From Alphaproteobacteria bacterium (GTDB taxonomy: Bacteria; Pseudomonadota; Alphaproteobacteria; JAEULF01), in NCBI GenBank assembly GCA_016793965.1, contig JAEULF010000114.1, positions 1-40,331 of the forward strand: a stretch of DNA of 40,331 nucleotides, in the 5' to 3' direction. Each line of letters opens with the position of its first letter. The stretch's first letter is position 1. The position numbers and the translations under genes are program-made. Below are positions 26,160 to 34,159 of this stretch, in pieces. The notes beneath the pieces are model-generated. The model ran no database searches, was not told the origin of the DNA, and saw nothing but the letters and a program-made list of their open reading frames with translations.

Positions 26160-28736
26160 ATGTTCCCCTCCCGCTGGAAGATCGCGGCCTACGCGATCGT
26201 CGTCCTAGCCGGCTGTCTGCTGGCGCTCCCCAACCTCCTGCCGCGCGAGGCGCTGTCGGCGCTCCCGTCCTGGCTGACGCGAGCCCAAGTGACGCTCGGC
26301 CTTGACCTGCGCGGCGGCTCGCACCTCGTGCTCGAGGTCGATGCCTCGGCGCTCAAGCGCGAGCGGATCGAGGCGCTGGCGACGGCGGCCCGCCCGGCGC
26401 TCAAGGAAGTTGGCCTCGGCGATGCCGAGGTCGCTTTCGACGCCGATGCCGTCACGGTCCGCCTGGCGGACGCCGCCAGGCGCGCGGACGCGCGCAAGGC
26501 TCTGCGCGGCCTCGGCGCGCCCGTTGGCAAGGCCGCGCTCGGCACCCTGCGCCCGGACATCGAGCTCGTCGAGGCGGGCGAGCGCGAGATCAAGGTCACG
26601 CTCAGCGAGGCCGGCATGGTCGAGCGGACCAATGCCGCCGTCGACCAGAGCCTGGAGATCATCCGCCGCCGCATCGACGAGGTCGGCGTCACCGAGCCGA
26701 CGATCCAGCGGCTCGGGCGCGACCGCATCGTCGTGCAGCTCCCGGGCGTGCAGGACCCCGGCCGCATCAAGGCGCTGCTCGGCAGCACGGCCAAGCTGAC
26801 CTTCCACCTGCTGCCGCCGGACTCGACCTCGCTCTCGGCCGGTCGCATGCGCCTGCTGCCCGGCGTCGAGCTGCTGCCCTATGCCGACGGCCGCGGCAAG
26901 CTGGCGATCGAGCGCCGGCCGATGCTCGGTGGCGACAGGCTGACGGACGCGGCGCCGGGCTTCGACCACCGCACCGCCGAGCCGCTGGTCTCGTTCAAGC
27001 TCGACGCTGCAGGGGCCAGGCGCTTCGCCGAGATCACCAAGGCGAACGTGGGACGGCCCTTCGCCATCGTGCTCGACGGAAAGGTGCTGAGCGCGCCTAT
27101 CATCCGCGAGCCGATCACCGGCGGCTCCGGGCAGATCAGCGGCAGCTTCACCGTCGCCGACGCCACCCAGCTTGCCGCCCTGCTGCGTGCCGGGGCGCTG
27201 CCAGCACCGCTCCAGGTGATCGAGGAGCGTACGGTCGGCCCCGACCTCGGCAGCGACGCGATCGCCGCCGGCACGGCCACCGGCCTGGCCGGCTTCGGCC
27301 TGGTGCTCGCCTTCATGGTGCTGCTCTACGGAAGCTGGGGCCTCGTCGCCAGCCTGGCGCTCGCGCTCAACGTGGTCCTCACCTTCGCCGCCCTCGGCTT
27401 GGTCGGCGCCACGCTGACGCTCCCCGGCATCGCGGGCATCGTGCTCGGCATCGGCCTCGCTGTCGACGCCAACGTGCTGATCAACGAGCGCATCCGCGAG
27501 GAGACCCGGCGCGGGCGCAGCGCCGTGGCGGCGCTCGACGCCGGCTTCAAGCGCGCCTATGGCACGATCGTCGATTCAAACGTCACGACGCTGCTCGCCA
27601 CCGTGCTGCTCTTCGCCTTCGGCTCCGGGCCGGTGCGGGGATTCGCCGTCACCATGGGGCTCGGCATTGCGATCTCGATGTTCACCGCGGTGGCAATCGT
27701 GCGCGCGATCATGGCGAGCTGGGTCAAGATCGCGCGGCCGAAGGCGTTCGCGATCGAGCCGCTGCTCTGGCGGCGCGGCGGCGGTGCGCCGCCGAAGATC
27801 GCCTTCATGCGCGGGCGCTTCCTCGGCATCGCCGTATCGCTCGTGCTGTCGCTCGCCTCGATCGGGCTGGCCGTCAAGCCGGGCCTCAACTTTGGGGTCG
27901 ACTTCCTCGGCGGCACGGTGATGGAGGTGCGCAGTCCGGCCCCGGCCGACCTCGGCCGGCTGCGCGGCACCCTCGATGGGCTTGGCCTCGGCGAGGTGGC
28001 GCTGCAGGAGCTTGGCTCGGCGTCCAACCTTCTCGTGCGCCTGGAGCGCCAGCCGGGCGGCGAGGCGGCGCAGCTCGACGCCGTCGCGCGCGCAAAGGCG
28101 GCGATCGCCGCCGATGCGCCGGGGGCGAGCTTCGAGCGCGTCGACATCGTCGGGCCGAAGGTCAGCGGCGAGCTGGCGCGCACCGGGATCCTCGCCGTCG
28201 TGCTCGCGAGCCTCGCGATGCTGGCGTACATCTGGTGGCGCTTCGAGTGGCAGTTCGCGGTCGGCGCCATCGCCACCCTGGTGCTCGACGTCACCAAGAC
28301 CATCGGCTTCTTCGCGCTCACCGGGCTCGACTTCAACCTCACGGCCATCGCGGCGCTGCTGACGCTGGTCGGCTACTCGGTCAACGACAAGGTCGTCGTC
28401 TACGACCGGATGCGCGAGAACCTGCGGCTCTACAAGGCGATGACGCTGCGCGACCTGATCGACATCAGCATCAACCAGACGATCGGGCGCAGCCTCTTCA
28501 CCTCGGCGACGGCCTTCCTGGCGCTGCTGCCGATGGCGGCGGCCGGCGGCACGGCGGTCGGCAGCTTCGCCGTGCCGATGCTGTTCGGCATCGCCGTGGC
28601 GGCGAGCTCGTCGATCTTCATCGCGGCGCCGATCCTGCTGTTCCTCGGCGACCGGCGGTTCGGGCGGCGAGGGCCGGGGGCGCATCCGGCCCCGGCAGAA
28701 GCGGCGCCAACAGCAGCGCCGCTGCCGCGACCATAG
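26160..28736 (+). CDS. secDF: Fused protein translocase subunit SecDF
   Basis: LGLDLRGG, VGPDLG, AVDANVLINERIREE, GVDFLGG, GYSVNDKVVVYDRMRE. Confidence 0.96.
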   Translation: MFPSRWKIAAYAIVVLAGCLLALPNLLPREALSALPSWLTRAQVTLGLDLRGGSHLVLEVDASALKRERIEALATAARPALKEVGLGDAEVAFDADAVTVRLADAARRADARKALRGLGAPVGKAALGTLRPDIELVEAGEREIKVTLSEAGMVERTNAAVDQSLEIIRRRIDEVGVTEPTIQRLGRDRIVVQLPGVQDPGRIKALLGSTAKLTFHLLPPDSTSLSAGRMRLLPGVELLPYADGRGKLAIERRPMLGGDRLTDAAPGFDHRTAEPLVSFKLDAAGARRFAEITKANVGRPFAIVLDGKVLSAPIIREPITGGSGQISGSFTVADATQLAALLRAGALPAPLQVIEERTVGPDLGSDAIAAGTATGLAGFGLVLAFMVLLYGSWGLVASLALALNVVLTFAALGLVGATLTLPGIAGIVLGIGLAVDANVLINERIREETRRGRSAVAALDAGFKRAYGTIVDSNVTTLLATVLLFAFGSGPVRGFAVTMGLGIAISMFTAVAIVRAIMASWVKIARPKAFAIEPLLWRRGGGAPPKIAFMRGRFLGIAVSLVLSLASIGLAVKPGLNFGVDFLGGTVMEVRSPAPADLGRLRGTLDGLGLGEVALQELGSASNLLVRLERQPGGEAAQLDAVARAKAAIAADAPGASFERVDIVGPKVSGELARTGILAVVLASLAMLAYIWWRFEWQFAVGAIATLVLDVTKTIGFFALTGLDFNLTAIAALLTLVGYSVNDKVVVYDRMRENLRLYKAMTLRDLIDISINQTIGRSLFTSATAFLALLPMAAAGGTAVGSFAVPMLFGIAVAASSSIFIAAPILLFLGDRRFGRRGPGAHPAPAEAAPTAAPLPRP

Positions 28737-28767
28737 GGAGCGTGCGGCAATGGGTTCAATCAGGGGG
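28701..28767. repeat. 67-bp direct repeat, right copy; overlaps the secDF 3' end and stop codon
   Basis: 62/67 identical to 16717-16783. Minus strand reads TTGAAC-N18-TATGGT. Confidence 0.9.
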
Positions 28768-28813
28768 CTGACGCGCCCGGGCGCCGCAGCGCCGGGCGGC
28801 CGAGGAGGGGTCG

Positions 28814-30496
28814 CTACCCCTGGCGCACGGTCCGGACGAAGGTTCCCACTTGGCCGCTCAGGGCGTCGGACTGGGCGGCGAGGGCCTGCGCGGCGGCGAG
28901 CACCTGGCTGGCTGCGGCGCCGGTCTCCTTGGCGGCCTGCTGGACCGACGCGACGTTGGCGGAGACCGTTCCCGTCCCCTGGGCCGCCTCCTGGACGTTT
29001 CGGGCGATCTCGGCCGTGGCGGCGCCCTGCTCCTCGACAGCCGAGGCGACCGAGGCCGTCACTGAGGTGATCTCCTGGACCGTGCCGGTCACGTGGGCGA
29101 TCATGCCCACGGCCTTGCGCGTCTCCTCCTGGATGGAGCCGATCTGAGCCTGTATCTCGTCGGTGGCCTTGGCCGTCTGGCCCGCGAGCGACTTCACCTC
29201 GGAGGCGACGACCGCGAAGCCGCGCCCGGCCTCGCCCGCGCGCGCCGCCTCGATCGTCGCGTTGAGCGCCAGCAGGTTGGTCTGGCCGGCGATCTGGTTG
29301 ATCAGCTTGACCACGTCGCCGATCCGCCCGGCGGCGCCGCTGAGGCTGTCGATCACGGCGTTCGCCGACTGCGCGGCCTCCCGCGCGCGTGCTGCGGCGT
29401 CCGATGCGGTCGTCATCTGGCGCGAGATCTCGTTGCTGGATGCCGACAGCTCCTGGGCCGCGGTCGCGACCGTCTGGACGTTGGCGTTCGCCTGCTCCGA
29501 AGCGGACGCGGCCGACGCGGTCTGGTGGCTCGTCCTCTCCGAGGCTGCCGAGAGGGCCGACGCCGTGCCCTGGAGCTGGGTCGCGGCGGCCGTCACGGCC
29601 TGCACGATGCCGCCGACGTCGCGCTCGAAGCTCTCGGCCAAGCGCTGGAGCATATCCCGCCGCTCCTGCTCGGCCCGCTGCTTCGCCGCATCCTGCTCCG
29701 AGCGCAGGCGCTGCGCCTCGGCCAAGCCGCGCTTGAACACCTCGACGGACCGCGCCATGCCGCCGACCTCGTCCTGGCGCTCCGTTCCCGGCACGGCGAT
29801 GCCCAATTCGCCCGCCGCGAGCGCCTGCATGGTGCGGGTCATGCCCAGCACGGGCTGCGCGACGGAGCGCGCGACGGCCCAGGCCAACGCGCTGCCGCCG
29901 CCGAGGCCGAGCGCGAGGAGGGCGACTGTGACCCAGAGCATCCAACGCGCGGCAGCTTCGGACGCTTCGAACTCCGTGCGCGCGACATCGAGCTGCAGCT
30001 CGACGAGCTGGCCGATCTTCTCCGACACCGGGTCGATCGCGGGATAGAGCCGCCTCTCGGCGAACTCCGCGAGCGCGCGCTGGTCGGCGCGCAGAAGGAT
30101 GCCGCGGAGCGCTTCGACGGAAGCGTCCGCGTCCCTCATCAGCGGAGCCAGTTCCGAGACCAGCTTGCGCTCGCGCTCGACCAAGAACGTCGCCAAGTAG
30201 CTCGCCATCTTTCCGCGTATCAAGGAGCTGGCCTTGTCGACCGATTCGACTCCCGCTGTCGCGGAGAGCGAGCCGCCGCGCACCTTGTGCGCCGTGTCGA
30301 CGATCGATACGGCGTAGGCGTCGGCGATGTCCTTGAGGTCGCGCAGCGGGACGACGCGGTCGAGATACACGGTCTCGAGGCCCTGCGCGGCGCGGCGCGC
30401 ACTGAGGATTCCCACGGCGCCGGAGATCGCGAGAATGGCGAGGAGCGATGCGACGAGCACGGCCAGGCGGCCGGTGATGCCGAGCTTCAAGTGCAT
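28814..30496 (-). CDS. Methyl-accepting chemotaxis protein (4-helix-bundle sensor, HAMP)
   Basis: TM-sensor([12 protein letters not shown])-TM-HAMP architecture; [34 protein letters not shown]; GGGAG RBS. Confidence 0.95.
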   Translation of the reverse strand: MHLKLGITGRLAVLVASLLAILAISGAVGILSARRAAQGLETVYLDRVVPLRDLKDIADAYAVSIVDTAHKVRGGSLSATAGVESVDKASSLIRGKMASYLATFLVERERKLVSELAPLMRDADASVEALRGILLRADQRALAEFAERRLYPAIDPVSEKIGQLVELQLDVARTEFEASEAAARWMLWVTVALLALGLGGGSALAWAVARSVAQPVLGMTRTMQALAAGELGIAVPGTERQDEVGGMARSVEVFKRGLAEAQRLRSEQDAAKQRAEQERRDMLQRLAESFERDVGGIVQAVTAAATQLQGTASALSAASERTSHQTASAASASEQANANVQTVATAAQELSASSNEISRQMTTASDAAARAREAAQSANAVIDSLSGAAGRIGDVVKLINQIAGQTNLLALNATIEAARAGEAGRGFAVVASEVKSLAGQTAKATDEIQAQIGSIQEETRKAVGMIAHVTGTVQEITSVTASVASAVEEQGAATAEIARNVQEAAQGTGTVSANVASVQQAAKETGAAASQVLAAAQALAAQSDALSGQVGTFVRTVRQG

Positions 30497-30924
30497 TGCT
30501 GTTCTCCCCCGCAAGGTAAGCGCGCCTTCGGGCTCCGCCACCCCACGCAGCGGGAGCGCCCGCCTGCGGACGATTAGAGTTCTTGAACCGCCGAGAACAT
30601 CAGGCGTCGGTGCTATGCCCGACGGCAGCATGAGCTCGAAAAGGGCTCTGACGTCCGGTCTAGGCGCTGCACATGCTCAACCGCGCAGGTTCAACCAACG
30701 GATAGCGAGGCGACGGCGCAGAGCGCGCGCAAGGTGCGCAACGCGCCGTCGGCTCCTCAAGAGGTCGACGTCGAGTGTCGGGCAAGGGCATTCGGGCATC
30801 AAGCGGCAGCCCCGTGTCTGCCGAGGCCGGCGGCTGCGCCGCGATCCGACCGGGCCCGGTCGCGCTGCCACGCGGAGAAACGTGTGGGCGTGCCGGGCCG
30901 CAGCGAGCGGGACTGTCCCGGCTG

Positions 30925-32127
30925 CTACGCCTCGGCCTCGCCCTGGCGGAACGGCGCGTACTCGGCCAGCGCCGCCATCTCGCGCGCGACGGCGCGCTTC
31001 TCGCGCTCGACGAAGTCGGCGACGGCGCGGCGGAAGCCGGGGTCGGGGATGTGGTGGGCGCTCCAGGTGGCGACGGGCAGGTAGCCCCGCTGGATCTTGT
31101 GCGTGCCCTGGGCGCCGGCCTCCACGCGCTTCAGCCCGCGGGCGATGGCGTGGTCGATGGCGGCGTAGTAGCAGGCCTCGAAATGCAGGAACTTGTACTC
31201 GCCGCGGCAGCCCCAGTTGCGGCCGTAGAGCGTGTCGCTGCCCTGGAAGTTGAGCGCGCCGGCGACCCAGTCGCCGTCCTTCTCCGCCATCACCAGCACG
31301 ACCCTGTCGGCGTAGCGCTCGCCGATCAGCTCGAAAAAGCCGCGCGTCAGGTAGGGCACGCCCCATTTGCGATCGCTGGTGTCGGTGTAGAAGGCGTAGA
31401 AGGCGTCCCAGTGGACGGGCTTCAGGTCGGCGCCCGACAGCAGGTGCAGCCGGATGCCCGATGCGAGCGCCTGCGCGCGCTCCTTGCGGATCATCTTGCG
31501 CTTGCGCGACGCGAGGCTGCCCAGGAAGTCATCGAAGGTCGCGTAGCCGCGGTTCTCCCAGTGGAACTGCTGGCCCTGTCGCAGCAGCCAGCCGCGCCGC
31601 TCGAACGCCGCGCGATCCGCCTCCTCCAGGAACGTCGCATGCGCGGAGGAGAGGTCGAAGCGGCCGCAGATCGCCTCGACCGCGTCGATCAGCAGGGAGC
31701 GCAGCGCGTCGGGCGTCGGGTCGTCGGGCAGCAGATCGGCGCGGACGAGGAGCCGCGGCCCCGTCGCCGGCGTGAAGGGAACGGAGAGCTGCAGCTTCGG
31801 GTAGTAGCGCCCGCCGGCGCGCTGCCAGGCCTCCGCCCAGCCATGGTCGAAGACGTACTCGCCATAGCTGTGGCTCTTGAGATAGGCGGGGGCGCAAGCG
31901 AGAAGCCGCCCGTCGCCGGAGCGCACCAGCACGTGCTGCGGCTGCCAGCCGGCCTCGGCCGACACCGAGCCGCTCTCCTCCAGGGCCTGCAGGAAGGCAT
32001 GCGCGAGGAAGGGATTGGCCGCGCCGGCGCAGGCGTCCCATTCCGCCGCGCCGACGGCGGCCAGGCGCGGCACGGCCGTGACGGCCGGCCCGCCGCTCAT
32101 GTTCGTCACGGTCGCCGCGCGCTTCAT
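30925..32127 (-). CDS. GNAT / FemAB-like (DUF482-type) protein
   Basis: NPFLAHAFLQALEESG, KSHSYGEYVFDHGWA, YYPKL, LYGRNWG, LHFEACYY, EAGAQGTHK. Start could be 32127 or 32100. Confidence 0.9.
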   Translation of the reverse strand: MKRAATVTNMSGGPAVTAVPRLAAVGAAEWDACAGAANPFLAHAFLQALEESGSVSAEAGWQPQHVLVRSGDGRLLACAPAYLKSHSYGEYVFDHGWAEAWQRAGGRYYPKLQLSVPFTPATGPRLLVRADLLPDDPTPDALRSLLIDAVEAICGRFDLSSAHATFLEEADRAAFERRGWLLRQGQQFHWENRGYATFDDFLGSLASRKRKMIRKERAQALASGIRLHLLSGADLKPVHWDAFYAFYTDTSDRKWGVPYLTRGFFELIGERYADRVVLVMAEKDGDWVAGALNFQGSDTLYGRNWGCRGEYKFLHFEACYYAAIDHAIARGLKRVEAGAQGTHKIQRGYLPVATWSAHHIPDPGFRRAVADFVEREKRAVAREMAALAEYAPFRQGEAEA

Positions 32128-32179
32128 GGCGCGAGGATGGAGAGAGACGGGCCGCGCGTCCAGCGCGCTGCGGCGAAGT

Positions 32180-32284
32180 GCCCCACCCCGGCCCTCCCCA
32201 TCGCTGTCGCGACGGGGAGGGGGAAGTCCGGCGCGCTTCCTTCCCCCTCCCGGTGCGAAGCATGGGGAAGGTCGGGGTGGGGCC
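32180..32284. repeat. REP-like palindromic intergenic element (two inverted units)
   Basis: CCCCACCCCGGCCCTCCCC...GGGGAGGG followed by CCCCCTCCC...GGGGAAGGTCGGGGTGGGG; the outer ends are mutually inverted. Confidence 0.7.
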
Positions 32285-32288
32285 TTGA

Positions 32289-33191
32289 TCAGCCGGCGGC
32301 GGCGCCGGCCATGTGCCGGCGCAGCGGGGCGCAATCGACGACGTGGCGGTCGAGCGCCAGTTCCTCGGGCGCGAGGCCGATCGCCAGGCCGACGAGCTGC
32401 GAGACGTGCAGGATCGGCAGGCCGAGGCTGCGGCCGCGGTTGCGCTCGATGTCCGGCTGGTAGGCGTCGAACACGGTGTGGCAGAGCGGACAGGGGGTGA
32501 CGACGCACTGCGCGCCGGAATCGGCGGCGTTGGCGAGGTGGCTGCCGCTCATGGTCAGCGCGATCTTCTCTTCCGTCGAGACGACGTGGAAGCCGCAGCA
32601 CTTGCTGGCGCCGGCATAGGGGACGGCGGTCGCGCCGACGATCTCGATCAGCCGGTCCAGCGCCGGGCGCGTGTCGGCGCCGCGGCCGAGCACGCCGGCC
32701 TGGACGCTCGGCGGCCGCTGGATGTGGCAACCATAGAAGGGCGCCACGCGCAGACCCGCGAGCGGTCGCGTCACCTTGGCGCGCAGCCCCTCGCCGCCGA
32801 GGTCGTCGGTCAGCACCCAGAGGAAATGCTTCACCGCGACGGAGCCGCGGAAGGCGAGCCCGTCCGGCGCCAGCGCGCGGTTGACCATGGCGCGCGCGGC
32901 CGCGTCGCGCTTCAACCGGGCGTTCGCTTCGACGAGATTGAGCAGGCAGGTGTCGCAGACGGCCACGAGGTCCCGCCCCATCTCCTCGGCCAGCGCCAGG
33001 ATGCGGCCATTGGCCGTCAGGTGCAGCTCCTCGGAGATCGCGCGGAACTCGCGAGCACCGGTGCAGCCGGGGTTCTCCAGCGGCGTCAGGGTCAGCCCGA
33101 AGCGGCGGGCGACGGCCGCGGTGCTGACGTCGAGCTCGCGGCAGGTGCCCTTGGCCGAGCAGCCGGGGAAATAGGCGTAGCGGAGCGTCAT
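32289..33191 (-). CDS. CCG-domain protein (HdrB / type-E SdhE-like)
   Basis: YAYFPGCS, GCTG, VCDTC; second repeat PFYGCH, KCCGF, TPCPLCH. Confidence 0.9.
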   Translation of the reverse strand: MTLRYAYFPGCSAKGTCRELDVSTAAVARRFGLTLTPLENPGCTGAREFRAISEELHLTANGRILALAEEMGRDLVAVCDTCLLNLVEANARLKRDAAARAMVNRALAPDGLAFRGSVAVKHFLWVLTDDLGGEGLRAKVTRPLAGLRVAPFYGCHIQRPPSVQAGVLGRGADTRPALDRLIEIVGATAVPYAGASKCCGFHVVSTEEKIALTMSGSHLANAADSGAQCVVTPCPLCHTVFDAYQPDIERNRGRSLGLPILHVSQLVGLAIGLAPEELALDRHVVDCAPLRRHMAGAAAG

Positions 33192-34159
33192 GGGGATCCC
33201 TCGCCGTGCTCGTATGTGCGCCGGACGCTGTCGGCGCCGGGAGCGCGGCGCGCGCGCCAGGCTCCGAGGATGTCGGCCTTGCCGCGCCGGAAGAGCCTGA
33301 GGCCGAGCCGCAGCGCCCGCAGCGTCAGCCCGTTGAGCTGGAAAGCGACGCGGGCGCCGTCGGCGAAGCCGCGCTCCTTCACGACGGCGAGGAAGGCGGC
33401 GGCTCGGCGCGCGCCGGCGACATGGCCCTGCGCCGTGGCGAGCCGCTTCAGCGGCTCGATCGCCTCGCTGACGATCGGGATCTCGGCCGGGCAGACGCGC
33501 TCGCACTCGTAGCAGGAGACGCAGCTGAACACCTTGGCGACGGAGCCGGCGGTCGCGCCGCGCGCGGCGCCGTCGCGCGGGTCGAGTGCCAGCTCGGCGA
33601 GCGCCACCAGCACGGCCGGGCCGGCGAAGCCCGCGTCCTTCTGGGCGATCACTGGGCAGACGGACTGGCAGGCCAGGCACTGGATGCAGTCGCGCAGGTG
33701 GACGGAAGGCGCGAAGTCGTCGGCTGCGAGCGGCTCCGGGAAGCCGGGATACTCCTCGCGGCGCTGGAGCTGCGGCGCCACCGCGGCGAGCGTCGCCTCG
33801 TAGCCGTCCCGCGACGTCACGAGGTCGCGCACGACGGGCATGTTGCCGATCGGCTCGATCGTCATGCCGTCCTGCGCCTCCTCCCAGCAGGCGAGGACGG
33901 GCGAGCCGTTGACGTTGACGGCGCAGGTGCCGCACTTCTTCGACGTGCACAGCCAGCGGTATCCCAGGTCGACGCCCAGCGCCTCGTGCACGTGGTCGAG
34001 CACGTCGAGCACGCGCATCAGGCGCGTGCGCGGCACCTCGTAGCTCTCGAAGCGCGGCGCGGCATCGACCGACGGGTCGAAGCGGCGGATGCGGACGCGG
34101 ATCGACCCGCCGGGCGCTACCCCAGGCGCTTCAGTAGTCGGCGTCGAAGAAGGGCTCAC
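33188..34159 (-). CDS. SdhB/FrdB-like iron-sulfur subunit
   Basis: CTSKKCGTC...LAC (2Fe-2S), CIQCLACQSVCP and CVSCYECERVCP. GTG start at 34159 has a GGAG RBS and overlaps the flavoprotein 3' end. Confidence 0.88.
   Translation of the reverse strand: MSPSSTPTTEAPGVAPGGSIRVRIRRFDPSVDAAPRFESYEVPRTRLMRVLDVLDHVHEALGVDLGYRWLCTSKKCGTCAVNVNGSPVLACWEEAQDGMTIEPIGNMPVVRDLVTSRDGYEATLAAVAPQLQRREEYPGFPEPLAADDFAPSVHLRDCIQCLACQSVCPVIAQKDAGFAGPAVLVALAELALDPRDGAARGATAGSVAKVFSCVSCYECERVCPAEIPIVSEAIEPLKRLATAQGHVAGARRAAAFLAVVKERGFADGARVAFQLNGLTLRALRLGLRLFRRGKADILGAWRARRAPGADSVRRTYEHGEGSP

Noticed and set aside
30497-30924. Long leader upstream of the chemoreceptor as a possible riboswitch or sRNA
   Set aside because: Short hairpins are present but I could not recognise a consensus (e.g. 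c-di-GMP). An Rfam/Infernal scan would be needed.
30925-32730. 601-aa extended GNAT ORF
   Set aside because: The extension runs through the REP-like element and off-frame through the CCG gene; family similarity starts near 32100.
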